A stretch of 64,000 nt of DNA from Halothiobacillus sp. (GCA_023255735.1 JAGDVP010000012.1:105477-169476), one strand, 5' to 3'; numbered from the stretch's first letter, positions 1-10,343 are shown. Notes: generated by a model from the sequence alone, not told the origin. Translations and numbers: made by a program.

Positions 1-86
1 GGCAAGGCGCCGGTACTGAAATAAAGATCGGAGCCTTCTTTTTCCGCGAGGAGCTTCAAAAAAGGGTCAAGTGCGGATTCATTCAT
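1..86 (-). CDS. N-terminal fragment of a third PilT/PilU-family ATPase; it runs off the left edge of the window
   Basis: The reverse complement of 1-86 reads ATG AAT GAA..., giving MNESALDPFLKLLAEKEGSDLYFSTGAL. This resembles the PilU N-terminus (GSDLF.T.G.PP) of the gene at 176-1321. Only 28 codons are visible. Confidence 0.45.
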   Translation of the reverse strand, partial: MNESALDPFLKLLAEKEGSDLYFSTGAL

Positions 87-175
87 GGGGTTTGGTCCTG
101 ATTCTGGCTTTAGCCAAAGGGGCGCTAGGGCATCCTTCGCGGGCGTTAAGCTTTCTATATTGCGCGGTGACGGGC

Positions 176-1321
176 TTAGTCTTCTTTTTCGACTTGGAGC
201 TGATTATCGTCATCACTCAACCCCTTAGGTAAGCCGCGCCGACTGTGTAATTTGATGTTTAACCGTAAATCATTTTGCGAATCGGCATTGCGCAGGGCTT
301 CCTGAAAGTTAACCCGCCCTTGATCGTAGAGATCAAGCAAGGCCTGATCGAAGGTTTGCATGCCATGCTCGCGCGAGCGCTTCATGACCTCTTTGATTTC
401 ATGCACATCTCCCTTGAAAATTAAATCGCCAATGAGTGGCGTATTAATTAGCACTTCAACGGCGGGTACTCGGCCAACCCCATCCTCGCGGCGCAGCAGG
501 CGCTGAGAGATGACGGATTTAAGATTTAAGGACAAATCCATGAGCAGCTGGTGGCGTCGCTCTTCGGGGAAAAAGTTAATAATGCGATCAAGGGCTTGGT
601 TGGTGTTGTTCGCGTGCAAAGTGGCCAAACACAGATGCCCTGTTTCTGCAAAAGCGACAGCATGATCCATGGTATCCCGATCGCGGATTTCACCAATTAA
701 AATCACATCGGGCGCTTGGCGCAGCGTGTTTTTCAAAGCGGATTCAAAGCTTTCCGTATCAACGCCCACTTCGCGCTGGGTAACAAGGCAACCTTTATGC
801 CGATGAACATATTCAATCGGATCTTCGATGGTGACAATATGCCCTTTGGAGTGCTCATTGCGGTAATCCAGCATGGCGGCAAGGGAGGTGGACTTGCCCG
901 AGCTCGTAGCCCCAACAAAAATGACCAAACCGCGCTTGGTCATGGAAATATCTTCCAGGATTTTGGGTAAAAGTAATTCTGAAAAATTGGGCACATCCGA
1001 GCGGATCATCCGTAAAACCATGCCAACACTGCCGCGCTGCATAAATGCGTTGACGCGGAACCGCGCGATGCCCGGCAAGGATATGGCAAAATTTGCTTCA
1101 CGGGTTTCTTCAAAAGAGGCGATTTGCTTATCACTCATAATGGAGCGAACCAGCATTTGGGTGTGGTTAACCGATAACGGGGTTTCTGATAAATGCGCGA
1201 TTTCGCCGTTGATTTTGGCGCTGGGCGGTGCGCCGACCGTCACGAATAAATCGGAGGCGTCGAGGTCAACGGCTTTACGCAATAATCCCTGAACATAGTT
1301 TGCCGCTTGGCTGCGATCCAT
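176..1321 (-). CDS. pilU: Type IV pilus retraction ATPase PilU
   Basis: A 381-aa ORF with Walker A GATSSGKST. Long matches to PilU signatures: RGLVIFVGATSSGKSTSLAAM, LRQAPDVILIGEIRD, AETGHLCLATLHANN. It lies directly downstream of pilT. Confidence 0.9.
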   Translation of the reverse strand: MDRSQAANYVQGLLRKAVDLDASDLFVTVGAPPSAKINGEIAHLSETPLSVNHTQMLVRSIMSDKQIASFEETREANFAISLPGIARFRVNAFMQRGSVGMVLRMIRSDVPNFSELLLPKILEDISMTKRGLVIFVGATSSGKSTSLAAMLDYRNEHSKGHIVTIEDPIEYVHRHKGCLVTQREVGVDTESFESALKNTLRQAPDVILIGEIRDRDTMDHAVAFAETGHLCLATLHANNTNQALDRIINFFPEERRHQLLMDLSLNLKSVISQRLLRREDGVGRVPAVEVLINTPLIGDLIFKGDVHEIKEVMKRSREHGMQTFDQALLDLYDQGRVNFQEALRNADSQNDLRLNIKLHSRRGLPKGLSDDDNQLQVEKED

Positions 1322-1377
1322 AGTGAAGCATTCCTTTAGATTGGTGTGAAACCGTTCTGTTTAACTTGGGGTGAGTT

Positions 1378-2427
1378 TTACATAAAGTCTGTTTTGTTTT
1401 GCGCGCGAGAGCGGGCTTCATCTTTGGCAACTAGCCCACGTTTAACCAGTTGTTGCAGGTTTTGATCGAGGGTTTGCATGCCTTGGGTTTGGCCGGTTTG
1501 AATGGCAGAATACATTTGCGCAATTTTGTTTTCACGAATGAGATTACGAATAGCCGGGCTGCCCAGCATGATTTCGTGCGCGGCAATTCGCCCGCCCCCA
1601 ATTTTTTTCAACAGCGTTTGTGAAATAACCGCACGCAGTGATTCAGATAACATGGCGCGCACCATGTCTTTTTCAGCGGCGGGAAAGACGTCTACCACGC
1701 GATCAATCGTTTTTGCAGCTGAGCTGGTATGCAGTGTGGCAAACACCAGATGCCCCGTTTCTGCGGCAGTAAGTGCGAGGCGAATGGTTTCTAAATCCCG
1801 CAATTCGCCGACCAAAATCACATCGGGATCTTCCCGCAGGGCAGAGCGCAAAGCGGCATTAAAGCTGTGGGTATCTCGGTGCACTTCACGCTGGTTGATT
1901 AGGCATTTTTTGCTGTTGTGCACGAATTCGATGGGGTCTTCGATCGTCAGGATATGGTCGTTTCGATTTTCGTTGATATGGTTAATCATCGCGGCCAAGG
2001 TGGTCGATTTGCCCGAACCGGTGGGGCCGGTGACCAGAACGATCCCGCGAGGGAAGAAGCACAGGTCCTTGAACACATTGGGGGCGGCGAGCTGTTCGAG
2101 TGTGAGAATTTCGCTCGGAATGGTGCGAAAAACCGCCGATGCGCCCCGTTGCTGATTAAATGCATTAACCCGGAAACGGGCGACGCCGGGCAGCTCAAAG
2201 GAAAAGTCTATTTCGAGATTATCCTCATACTCCTTGCGCTGCTTATCGTTCATGATGTCGTACACCATGGCGTGCACTTCTTTGTGTTCCATCACGGGAA
2301 CGTTTACTTTGCGTATATCACCATCAATCCGCACGCGCGGCTGCTCACCGGCTGAAAGATGAAGATCTGAAGCGCCATTTTTAACCGAGAAGGTCAGAAG
2401 AGAATCAATACCGCGTTGTTCTGCCAT
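1378..2427 (-). CDS. pilT: Twitching motility ATPase PilT
   Basis: Near-canonical PilT sequence: GASDLHLSAG, GVARFRVNAFNQ, VTGPTGSGKSTTLAAM, LTAAETGHLVFATLHT, AIRNLIRE. Start set at ATG 2427 (MAEQRGID). The ORF-track N-terminal extension to 2508 has no homology. Confidence 0.93.
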   Translation of the reverse strand: MAEQRGIDSLLTFSVKNGASDLHLSAGEQPRVRIDGDIRKVNVPVMEHKEVHAMVYDIMNDKQRKEYEDNLEIDFSFELPGVARFRVNAFNQQRGASAVFRTIPSEILTLEQLAAPNVFKDLCFFPRGIVLVTGPTGSGKSTTLAAMINHINENRNDHILTIEDPIEFVHNSKKCLINQREVHRDTHSFNAALRSALREDPDVILVGELRDLETIRLALTAAETGHLVFATLHTSSAAKTIDRVVDVFPAAEKDMVRAMLSESLRAVISQTLLKKIGGGRIAAHEIMLGSPAIRNLIRENKIAQMYSAIQTGQTQGMQTLDQNLQQLVKRGLVAKDEARSRAQNKTDFM

Positions 2428-2606
2428 GATTTTTATATCCTTTTGAGTGCTAATCCTTAAATTGATCTCTGCGCGTGCTTTTTTAACCCATGTTGCCGAT
2501 GCTTGCAAACTTATCGCATGAGCTGTGCTTCAGCCAACATCTTGTGGGCGCAACGGGTTTTAATCGGGTCAATAATAGTCTTAAATGGGCATGGTTAACA
2601 AATGAA

Positions 2607-3293
2607 ATGGGCGTGAGGCACAGCGTGGATACACTTGAGGCGCGTTTTTTATCCATCCATTCGCAGATAGCGGCGGCGGCGACGGCAGCGGGGCGATCGC
2701 CAGATGCAGTACGGCTTATTGCGGTGAGTAAGTTTCAGCCCGCCTCGGCAATTGCGGCACTGGCAGCATTGGGGCAACGAGATTTTGCGGAAAATTATGT
2801 CCAAGAGGCTTTAAGTAAGCAGGCGATGCTGGCAGGTCATCCGTTGTTTGAACAAATAATCTGGCATTTTACAGGGCCTATTCAATCGAATAAAACCCGC
2901 GCCATTGCGACGCATTTTTCTTGGGTGCACAGTGTTGATCGGCCAAAAATTGCCGAACGGCTCAGCGCGCAACGCCCCGATTCACTCCCTGCACTCAAGC
3001 TCTTTATTGAGGTAAATTTGGATGCTGAACCAACCAAAGCCGGCGTGACTTTGGCACAATTGCCCGAGATGGTGCTTTTATGCCAGCGTTTGCCACGCAT
3101 CGAATTGGTCGGCTTAATGGCGATTCCCGCGCGGGCATCAACGGATGCCTTTGTGCGTTTAGCAGAAATCAACGCGAATTTGCCCTCGCCCTTGCCCATG
3201 TTGTCGATGGGGATGAGTGTCGATTTTCCGGCCGCGATTGCGGCGGGGAGTACGCATGTGCGCATTGGCACCGCACTTTTTGGCGCACGCTGA
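2607..3293 (+). CDS. yggS: YggS-family pyridoxal-phosphate homeostasis protein
   Basis: Motifs LIAVSKFQP, FAENYVQE, WHFTGPIQSNK and HVRIGTALFG. Divergent from pilT and upstream of proC, as in the conserved pilT/yggS-proC-yggT neighbourhood. Start chosen at ATG 2607. Confidence 0.85.
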   Translation: MGVRHSVDTLEARFLSIHSQIAAAATAAGRSPDAVRLIAVSKFQPASAIAALAALGQRDFAENYVQEALSKQAMLAGHPLFEQIIWHFTGPIQSNKTRAIATHFSWVHSVDRPKIAERLSAQRPDSLPALKLFIEVNLDAEPTKAGVTLAQLPEMVLLCQRLPRIELVGLMAIPARASTDAFVRLAEINANLPSPLPMLSMGMSVDFPAAIAAGSTHVRIGTALFGAR

Positions 3294-3435
3294 CGCCTCA
3301 CGGTACCCTTAAGGCAGCTGCCCCGTGGTAACCTTGCTCAGTGCGGGTGCAACATTCGTTATAAAAAACACCTGAAAACAATCAACTCGCGATCAAAATA
3401 GCGCAGCAAAATGACGAACTAGGCTAGAGGTATTT

Positions 3436-4287
3436 ATGCAGGCGGCAAAAATCACGTTTATTGGCGGTGGCAATATGGCAGCGGCGCTGATTGAAGGTTT
3501 GCAAAAAAATCAAGCCAGCATGATGTCTGTAGCGCAGCCCGTGTTGGTGGTGGCCGATCCCTCGGCAGAGCGCCGCGCCTTGCTGGCTGATCTATACGCG
3601 GTTGAAACTTTTGCCGATAGCATGGCGGCGGTCTCTAATGCTGATTTAATCGTGCTTGCCGTTAAACCCAATCACGTTCGCGCCGCCGCCGAGCAAATTC
3701 GGACCAACTTATCGCCGAACCAATTGATTGTTTCGGTGGCGGCGGGCATCACGCTTACTGCGTTGCAAAATTGGCTTGGCGGGCATCAAGCTCTGGTGCG
3801 CGCCATGCCGAACACGCCCGCGATGGTGGGTTCCGGGGCGACAGGTCTCTGCGGGCACCCGGCATTAACGGCCGCGCAACGCAACCTAGCCGAATCTCTG
3901 ATGCGCGCGGTGGGTCTGGTGCAGTGGGTGGCGCATGAGGCAGACATGGATGCGGTTACTGCGTTATCGGGCAGTGGGCCTGCGTACATTTTTCTTGTGA
4001 TGGAGGCCATGCAAGCGGCGGCGGAGCAATTAGGTTTGCCCGCGCAAACTGCAAAATTGCTCACATTAGAAACTGTGCTGGGTGCGGCGCGCTTGGCGAT
4101 GACGGTCGATGAATCGCCCGCGCAGTTGCGTGCACGGGTTACATCCCCGAATGGCACGACAGAGCGCGGGATTGCGGTGCTTGAACAGGCCGGCCTGCGC
4201 GCGGCGTTTGCTCAGGCATTGACTGCTGCGCATCAGCGCAGTGTCGAGCTCGGTGTGCAATTAAGCGAAGATGAGCGTGCATTATGA
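3436..4287 (+). CDS. proC: Pyrroline-5-carboxylate reductase
   Basis: N-terminal Rossmann motif ITFIGGGNMAAAL. C-terminal signature VTSPNGTTERG. Confidence 0.9.
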   Translation: MQAAKITFIGGGNMAAALIEGLQKNQASMMSVAQPVLVVADPSAERRALLADLYAVETFADSMAAVSNADLIVLAVKPNHVRAAAEQIRTNLSPNQLIVSVAAGITLTALQNWLGGHQALVRAMPNTPAMVGSGATGLCGHPALTAAQRNLAESLMRAVGLVQWVAHEADMDAVTALSGSGPAYIFLVMEAMQAAAEQLGLPAQTAKLLTLETVLGAARLAMTVDESPAQLRARVTSPNGTTERGIAVLEQAGLRAAFAQALTAAHQRSVELGVQLSEDERAL

Positions 4288-4832
4288 GCGGAAGTTTTGG
4301 CGATCCGCTGGCTTTTATTGTCCGCACCTTATTTGAGCTTTTAATTTTTATCGTGCTGGTGCGCTATTTTCTGCAGGCATTCCGGGCAAATTTTTTTAAT
4401 CCAATTGTTCAAACGCTCGTCAAAATCACCGACCCCGTGCTCAATCCCCTGCGCCACTATCTACCAAGGATGGGGCGGCATGATTTAGCATCCCTGCTGG
4501 TCGCTTTAGTTTTAATCGTGCTGATGGTTTGGGTGCTCGGCATGCTGAGGGGCGGCATACCCCTTTCCGCCTTGGCGTTCATGTCGCTTTATTTTGCTTT
4601 TTTGCTGGTGACGGATTTATTTTTCTGGACAATTTTGCTGCGCGCGGTGGCCTCATGGGTGGGTAATAATCGCTCACCGGGCGTCGCCTTGCTGGAAGAT
4701 TTAACCGACCCTATTTTGCAACCGGTGCAGAAGTTTTTGCCACCCTTAGGGGGCTTTGATTTAAGCCCGCTGGCGGTTTTGATTGTGATCCAAGTTTTGC
4801 AGATGGCGGTGGGTAATCTGCTTTTTGGGTGA
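4284..4832 (+). CDS. yggT: YggT-family integral membrane protein
   Basis: Two YGGT repeats (..TDPVLNPLR.. and ..TDPILQPVQKFLPPLGGFDLSP). ATGA overlap with proC. Confidence 0.85.
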   Translation: MSGSFGDPLAFIVRTLFELLIFIVLVRYFLQAFRANFFNPIVQTLVKITDPVLNPLRHYLPRMGRHDLASLLVALVLIVLMVWVLGMLRGGIPLSALAFMSLYFAFLLVTDLFFWTILLRAVASWVGNNRSPGVALLEDLTDPILQPVQKFLPPLGGFDLSPLAVLIVIQVLQMAVGNLLFG

Positions 4833-4870
4833 TTTTTTGCGCGGTGGTTTTATTTTTGAATCAGTAAAAG

Positions 4871-6079
4871 GTGTCTGGATTGAGTGATGTAGCCCCAAAA
4901 ATAGCGACGCCGGGCGCGGCGGATGCCGGCATGAACCACTCGGTGGGCATTGTGCACCCGCAAACGGCGATTTTTACTGCGCCACTGGCTTTGGATTGTG
5001 GCCGAAGTTTACCCAGCTATACGCTCGTTTATGAAACCTATGGCCAATTAAACGCAGCGGGGAGCAATGCGGTTTTGATTTGTCATGCCCTATCTGGCGA
5101 TCATCATGCGGCCGGATTTAACGCAGAAACTGAGCGCAAGCCGGGCTGGTGGGATTCTGCCATAGGACCTGGCAAACCCATCGATACCAACCGGTTTTTT
5201 GTGGTCTGCTTGAATAATTTAGGCGGCTGCAAGGGATCAACAGGGCCTTTGAGTATCGATCCTGCTACCAATAAACCCTATGGACCGGATTTCCCGATTG
5301 TGACTGTACGCGATTGGGTGAGTGCCCAGCATCGTTTGATGCAATATTTAGGACTTGCTCGTTGGGTTGCCGTGATTGGCGGCAGCTTAGGCGGCATGCA
5401 GGTGTTGCAGTGGTCGATCAGTTACCCCGATGCGATTGCCCATGCGGTGGTGATCGCGGCGGCGCCTAAGCTATCAGCGCAAAATATTGCGTTTAATGAA
5501 GTGGCACGCCAAGCGATTATCACCGACCCTGAGTTTCACGGCGGGCGTTATGCTGAAGAAGGCACACTCCCCCGGCGGGGGCTTATGTTGGCGCGGATGC
5601 TGGGGCACATCACCTACCTCTCTGATGATGCGATGCGCGCTAAATTTGGCCGTGAATTGCGCGCAGGGCAAGTCAATTATGGGTTTGATGTGGAGTTTCA
5701 GGTGGAAAGCTATTTGCGCTATCAAGGCACAAGTTTTGTCGATCGTTTTGATGCCAATACCTACCTTCTCATGACTAAGGCCTTGGATTATTTTGATCCC
5801 GCGCATGAGTACGGGGACGATTTGAGCGCCGCACTTGCGCCGGCGCAGGCTGATTTTTTAGTGATTTCATTTACCTCCGATTGGCGTTTTGCCCCCATGC
5901 GCTCGCGCGAGATTGTGCGTGCGTTGCTGGCGGCGGGGCGGCGGGTTTCTTATGCCGAAATTGAATCGAATCATGGCCACGATGCGTTTTTGATGAACAT
6001 TCCTTACTACCACCGAGTTTTAGCCGGGTATATGGCCAATATTGATTTAACCCTTGAACAGTCAGCGGGTGTTTTATGA
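4871..6079 (+). CDS. metX: Homoserine O-acetyltransferase (MetX)
   Basis: Alpha/beta-hydrolase with GGSLGGMQ nucleophile elbow, [10 protein letters not shown] and HGHDAFL. The start is uncertain: GTG 4871, TTG 4880 or ATG 4931 (MNHSVGIV). Confidence 0.9.
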   Translation: MSGLSDVAPKIATPGAADAGMNHSVGIVHPQTAIFTAPLALDCGRSLPSYTLVYETYGQLNAAGSNAVLICHALSGDHHAAGFNAETERKPGWWDSAIGPGKPIDTNRFFVVCLNNLGGCKGSTGPLSIDPATNKPYGPDFPIVTVRDWVSAQHRLMQYLGLARWVAVIGGSLGGMQVLQWSISYPDAIAHAVVIAAAPKLSAQNIAFNEVARQAIITDPEFHGGRYAEEGTLPRRGLMLARMLGHITYLSDDAMRAKFGRELRAGQVNYGFDVEFQVESYLRYQGTSFVDRFDANTYLLMTKALDYFDPAHEYGDDLSAALAPAQADFLVISFTSDWRFAPMRSREIVRALLAAGRRVSYAEIESNHGHDAFLMNIPYYHRVLAGYMANIDLTLEQSAGVL

Positions 6080-6678
6080 TTCGCCCCGATTGGCATATTG
6101 TGGAGCAGTGGATTACCCCCCGCAGCCGCGTGCTGGATTTAGGCTGCGGCGATGGATCGTTAATGGCGCATTTAATTGATCGCCGGCAAGTTTCAGCTGT
6201 TGGGCTTGAGCTGGATGATGATCAAGTCGCCGCCTGCATTGAAGCTGGTTTGAATGTAATTCAAGAAGATCTCGATAGTGGCATTAGCGATTGGTTTGCG
6301 CCAATGTCGTTTGATTTCGTTATCGTCAGCCAAACAATTCAGGCCATGCGCCATCCTGAGCGCTTGCTGGCGGATATGCTCAGTATTGCCCGTGAGGGGA
6401 TTGTGACATTCCCCAACATGGGTTACTGGCGCAATCGGGTGCAATTGGGGTTGCTCGGCCACATGCCATTTAATCGTGCGCTGCCGAACCCGTGGTACAA
6501 CACCCCGAATATCCACTTGTGCACACTCACTGATTTTGAGGCACTGTGCGATGAATTGGGTCTGGAGATACTCGATCGGGCGGTGGTGGATAGCGCTCGG
6601 CGTGAATCGGCTTTATTGCGCACATTCCCCAATTGGTTTGGGGAGCACGCGATTTATCGGATTAAACGCCGCGTATAA
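6076..6678 (+). CDS. metW: Methionine biosynthesis protein MetW
   Basis: Typical MetW SAM-MTase-like fold ([27 protein letters not shown]). ATGA overlap with metX. Confidence 0.9.
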   Translation: MIRPDWHIVEQWITPRSRVLDLGCGDGSLMAHLIDRRQVSAVGLELDDDQVAACIEAGLNVIQEDLDSGISDWFAPMSFDFVIVSQTIQAMRHPERLLADMLSIAREGIVTFPNMGYWRNRVQLGLLGHMPFNRALPNPWYNTPNIHLCTLTDFEALCDELGLEILDRAVVDSARRESALLRTFPNWFGEHAIYRIKRRV

Positions 6679-6681
6679 GAT

Positions 6682-7662
6682 TTAAAATAATTTGGCGCGT
6701 TTGAATAAATAAATTAATAAAACGCCGATTAACGCCAAAATCACGACGAAAAGAGAAAACGACCAACTCGGTTCTTGATTGCCTGGAATGCCGGCAATGT
6801 TGACGCCAAATAAGCCGGTAATAAAAGTTAATGGCAGAAAAATGGCCGACAGTGCGGTTAAGAAAGTGAGCTGCTTGTTGAGCTCATTGCTTGAACGGGT
6901 GTTCATCTGTTCTTGAATAATCCGCATTTGATCGCGTGAGGCATCTAATACTTCGATATATCGTGTAAGGCGGTTTTCTGCTTCACGTAAGCGCTGGATG
7001 GTTGGTTTTTTCAGCCAACTTAAATGGCTGGCAATCACCGAAAGCATGGCATCCCGTTGTGGGCCTAAATAGCGACGCAGGGTTAAAATCATAGTGCGTA
7101 GATCGGCTAAATCCCGATCTGACACAGGTTCAACCTCATCACTGAGGAGCATGCTTTTCTCGTAGTTATCGGTGAGCTCATCAATCTCATCAATGGTGTC
7201 GAGCATGTTGTCGTTTAAAAGTTCAATCAACCGCGTAACAAATTGCCCCGCGTCTTTGGGGGCATTATTGGATTCCATATCCCGCTGCATCGTATTGACG
7301 GCGCGCAAGGTGCGCAAATGGGTGCTGATAATGCGGCGCGGGGTAATCCAAAGCCTTATGCCAATCATGTCATCTGGCTCTTGGCCCGGGTTGTGATTAA
7401 TGCCACGCAAGGTAAGTAGCAAGCCTTGATCTAAAATTAAGGCGCGCGGGCGGGTCACTTCGGCTAATAAGGTGTCTTGCACTGTGCTATCAATGTCGGC
7501 TTGGCTGCGAATCCAGTCTTGCACTTCAGGCTGACTATAATTTAAATGAATCCAGACTGGCCCCGGGCTTGGGGTGTTATCAGATAAGGGCAGGAGTTGT
7601 GCACTGCCATCGCCTTGCATATGCCAAGTGTAAAAATCAGTTGCCACAGCTTCTAGTCTCAA
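6682..7662 (-). CDS. zntB: CorA-superfamily zinc transporter ZntB
   Basis: C-terminal TM pair with the ZntB-type motif TGLFGVNIAGIPG. The N-terminus aligns with E. coli ZntB (FYTWHMQGDG vs FAWMLDGRGG), which favours the TTG start at 7662 over ATG 7620. Confidence 0.8.
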   Translation of the reverse strand: MRLEAVATDFYTWHMQGDGSAQLLPLSDNTPSPGPVWIHLNYSQPEVQDWIRSQADIDSTVQDTLLAEVTRPRALILDQGLLLTLRGINHNPGQEPDDMIGIRLWITPRRIISTHLRTLRAVNTMQRDMESNNAPKDAGQFVTRLIELLNDNMLDTIDEIDELTDNYEKSMLLSDEVEPVSDRDLADLRTMILTLRRYLGPQRDAMLSVIASHLSWLKKPTIQRLREAENRLTRYIEVLDASRDQMRIIQEQMNTRSSNELNKQLTFLTALSAIFLPLTFITGLFGVNIAGIPGNQEPSWSFSLFVVILALIGVLLIYLFKRAKLF

Positions 7663-7695
7663 TAGTGAGGGTTAAACTTAAACATAAGCTTGCGC

Positions 7696-8286
7696 CTATT
7701 CTTTGACCGCACGATGAATGGTGTACTCTTGCCCTTGTTTTATTTTGTCATAATTGCCAAATTGCTCTTTAAAGGTGCGTTTAAAATAATCCCGCAAGCC
7801 ATTAATGCTGACAAACCAAATATCCCCGCCGGGGGTTAAGTTTTGCCATGCATCTAATAACATAATCGACCAAAGTTCTTTGCCGACTTTAGCTGGCACA
7901 TTCGACACAATGCGGCTGAGCTGTGTGCCTTCTACGGCACTCAAGCCGTTGCTTAATTTAACTTGGACATTGCTTAACCGATTCCGGGTGGCGTTTTTGG
8001 CGGCAAAATCACAGGCAACAAAATCTTTATCTAACAAAATCACCTGTGCGGTGGGCGCAGCCTTGGCAAGCGTGAGACCGATGGGACCATAACCGCAGCC
8101 CAAATCGACGACAGTTTGATTGGGCTTGGGCGAATCCAAGAAATCGAGCAGCAAGCGGGTGCCGTCATCAATTTCGCGCGGAGAGAATAAGCCCCACGTT
8201 GAATGCAAAATCAGCTCTTGCCCCATTAATTGAACGTGTTGGATAAGGTCTTGGCGCAGCAGATTAATTTCTTGGGGCGTGGGCAT
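7696..8286 (-). CDS. Class I SAM-dependent methyltransferase (RsmC/RsmD-like small domain)
   Basis: SAM-binding motif VVDLGCGYGPIGL, then ILLDKD and SNVPAK in place of the NPPxH motif. Substrate unknown. Start set at ATG 8286. Confidence 0.7.
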   Translation of the reverse strand: MPTPQEINLLRQDLIQHVQLMGQELILHSTWGLFSPREIDDGTRLLLDFLDSPKPNQTVVDLGCGYGPIGLTLAKAAPTAQVILLDKDFVACDFAAKNATRNRLSNVQVKLSNGLSAVEGTQLSRIVSNVPAKVGKELWSIMLLDAWQNLTPGGDIWFVSINGLRDYFKRTFKEQFGNYDKIKQGQEYTIHRAVKE

Positions 8287-8439
8287 AATAATAAATCTCA
8301 AGGGCGTGACGTGGATTAAGTCTTGCCTTATAAAAAAGCCAGATAGAAAACAGCAGCGGTAGTTAAAAAAGTGGGCAAATTCTAGCGCGATTAACCTAAC
8401 TTTTGGCGCACCAAGCGTAAATGGTTCGTTAATGGAGGT

Positions 8440-8898
8440 CTAGCCGGGTTGGCAGCGGCGACAAGTGCCATGGAGTTCGATCGATTGACGGGTTATTTTG
8501 AAGTGTTGTTGATCGCTCATCTGGGCAACCAGCTGATTTAACGCCTCGCTTGATTGCTCGTTAATTGTGCCGCAGGTATCGCAAATCATCAAAACTGCCT
8601 GATGCGCAATTTCAGGATGATCGCAGCCAATAAAGGCATTCAGGCTCTCGATTCGATGAATTAAACCATGCGCCAGCAAAAATTCCAGCGCACGATAAAT
8701 GGTGGGCGGTTTGATGAGGTTGTCCGCGGTGGATAGGCGGGAAATTAAATCATAGGCCTTGGTGGCTTCATGCCCCGACCATATTTCAGACAGCACCGCT
8801 TTTCGGATTGGGGTAAGCCGCGCGCCGCGCGCTAAACAGACCTGCTCGGCGTGTTCAAGTGCGGTTCCGGCACAATGGGTATGGTTTGAGCAGTGCAT
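8440..8898 (-). CDS. zur: Fur-family zinc uptake regulator Zur
   Basis: Aligns with E. coli Zur (ARLTPIRKAVL, AYDL, KPPTIYRALEFLLAHGLIHRIES, ICDTCG ... HGTCRRC). Start set at ATG 8898 (MHCSNH). The ORF extension to 8970 has no homology. Confidence 0.8.
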   Translation of the reverse strand: MHCSNHTHCAGTALEHAEQVCLARGARLTPIRKAVLSEIWSGHEATKAYDLISRLSTADNLIKPPTIYRALEFLLAHGLIHRIESLNAFIGCDHPEIAHQAVLMICDTCGTINEQSSEALNQLVAQMSDQQHFKITRQSIELHGTCRRCQPG

Positions 8899-9154
8899 TA
8901 CGGGGTGTTCACTCCAAGAGGCGGAAGTTGGTTTGATTGTACCTGTGCGGCGAGGTTCTGTAGACCGCAAACTGGATTCTTTATGAGTTTGGGTGGCAAG
9001 CGTTGCCCAAACCCAAGTTAATTCAGGGTGTTATTGAAAAGTTCTATGATTTGGGTATTGAATTTATTCATCACACTGACCACCATTGAGATTGAACGAT
9101 TCAATGCAGGTGCCGGTTTTTGCGGTACCCAAATCAATAAGAGTGAGAATTACC

Positions 9155-10180
9155 ATGCAAGCCAATCCATCTGTTCTGCTGCCCCGGCGGCGTTTTCTTC
9201 AAACGGCAGCTTCGGTCGCGGGCTTTGCCATTTTACCGATGGCCTATTCTGCACACGTTTTTGCGGCAGAGCAGTTGGTTATAGCCGGCCCCAAGGTTTC
9301 GGATATTGCGCCCACGCGGCTTGCCGAGCAGGTGTATTGCATTATTTCTCCTTGGGGTTTCCCTTCGGTTGAAAATCAGGGAATGATGAGTAACGTGACT
9401 TTTGTGACGACACAAAAAGGCGTCGTGGTCATTGATAGCGGCGCCTCACGGCAAATTGGTGAAATGGCGTTGCGCCAAATTCGTCAAATCACCCAAAGCC
9501 CCATTGTAGCGGTGATTAATACCCATTATCACGGCGATCATTGGCTGGGTAATCATGCCTTTGTGAATGAAAACCCAGATGTGCCAATCTATGCCCATGA
9601 AAAAACCATTTCGGCGATTAAGACCGGGCAAGGCCAGTATTGGACTAATTTAATGGAGCGTTCTACCGATAACGCTACCTTAGGCACCGTGGCCACGCCG
9701 CCAAATAAGGTCGTAGCGCATGGCGATGTATTGGATTTTGGCGATACCAAAATCAAAGTGCATTTTTATGGCACCGCGCATACGCCCTCTGATATTAGCC
9801 TTGAAGTAGTGGGGCACAATATTGTGCACGTGGGAGATGTGGCGATGGATAACCGGATTGCCTTTATGGATGATGGCAGTTTCCGTGGTACGTTCAAAAA
9901 TTTTGATGCCTTGGAAGCTGCCGTGCCCGGCGCGCTGTGGATTCCAGCGCATGGCAACCCCGGCAAGCAAGTGCTCGCTCGCAATCGCGAACTCTTTGAA
10001 GGGATTTATCAATCGGCCGAAAAAGCGGTGCAGGATATGTCGGGTCAAGAAGGCGCTAAAGCCTATGCCTTGGCCGATCCTCGGGTGAAAAAATATGCGC
10101 CTGTCACCAAAGGTTTTGATGAAAATATCGGCAAATATAGCTCGCTTGCTTATCTTGAGGCGGAGTCAGCTTCATTTTAA
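9155..10180 (+). CDS. Tat-exported MBL-fold metallo-hydrolase (SoxH-like or persulfide-dioxygenase-like; exact activity unknown)
   Basis: Twin-arginine signal (PRRRFLQTAASVAGFAILP...AHVFA) and MBL motif INTHYHGDHWLGN, plus later His/Asp ligands (HTPSD, HVGD). Start set at ATG 9155. Confidence 0.75.
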   Translation: MQANPSVLLPRRRFLQTAASVAGFAILPMAYSAHVFAAEQLVIAGPKVSDIAPTRLAEQVYCIISPWGFPSVENQGMMSNVTFVTTQKGVVVIDSGASRQIGEMALRQIRQITQSPIVAVINTHYHGDHWLGNHAFVNENPDVPIYAHEKTISAIKTGQGQYWTNLMERSTDNATLGTVATPPNKVVAHGDVLDFGDTKIKVHFYGTAHTPSDISLEVVGHNIVHVGDVAMDNRIAFMDDGSFRGTFKNFDALEAAVPGALWIPAHGNPGKQVLARNRELFEGIYQSAEKAVQDMSGQEGAKAYALADPRVKKYAPVTKGFDENIGKYSSLAYLEAESASF

Positions 10181-10343
10181 TTCAAGTTTCGTAAAGATGA
10201 CCTGAATGCTCTAACGTAAGTCATCGGCGTTCTTAATAGAGCAACCGAATGGTTCAATAGAACATATCGATTGGTCAAAAAGCCGTCGCGTAAGCTAAAA
10301 AGATAACGTATCTATCGATAAGGCTTAATTTAAGGAGTTTTGC

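Noticed and set aside
716-2355. Plus-strand ORFs of 84-217 aa overlapping pilU and pilT (716-970, 873-1292, 1502-2155, 1918-2355).
   Set aside because: They are antisense to strongly conserved ATPase genes and have no independent signals.
6676-6684. metW and zntB end tail-to-tail only 3 nt apart, with no terminator.
   Set aside because: Convergent genes with abutting stops are common. I could see no hairpin or other signal.
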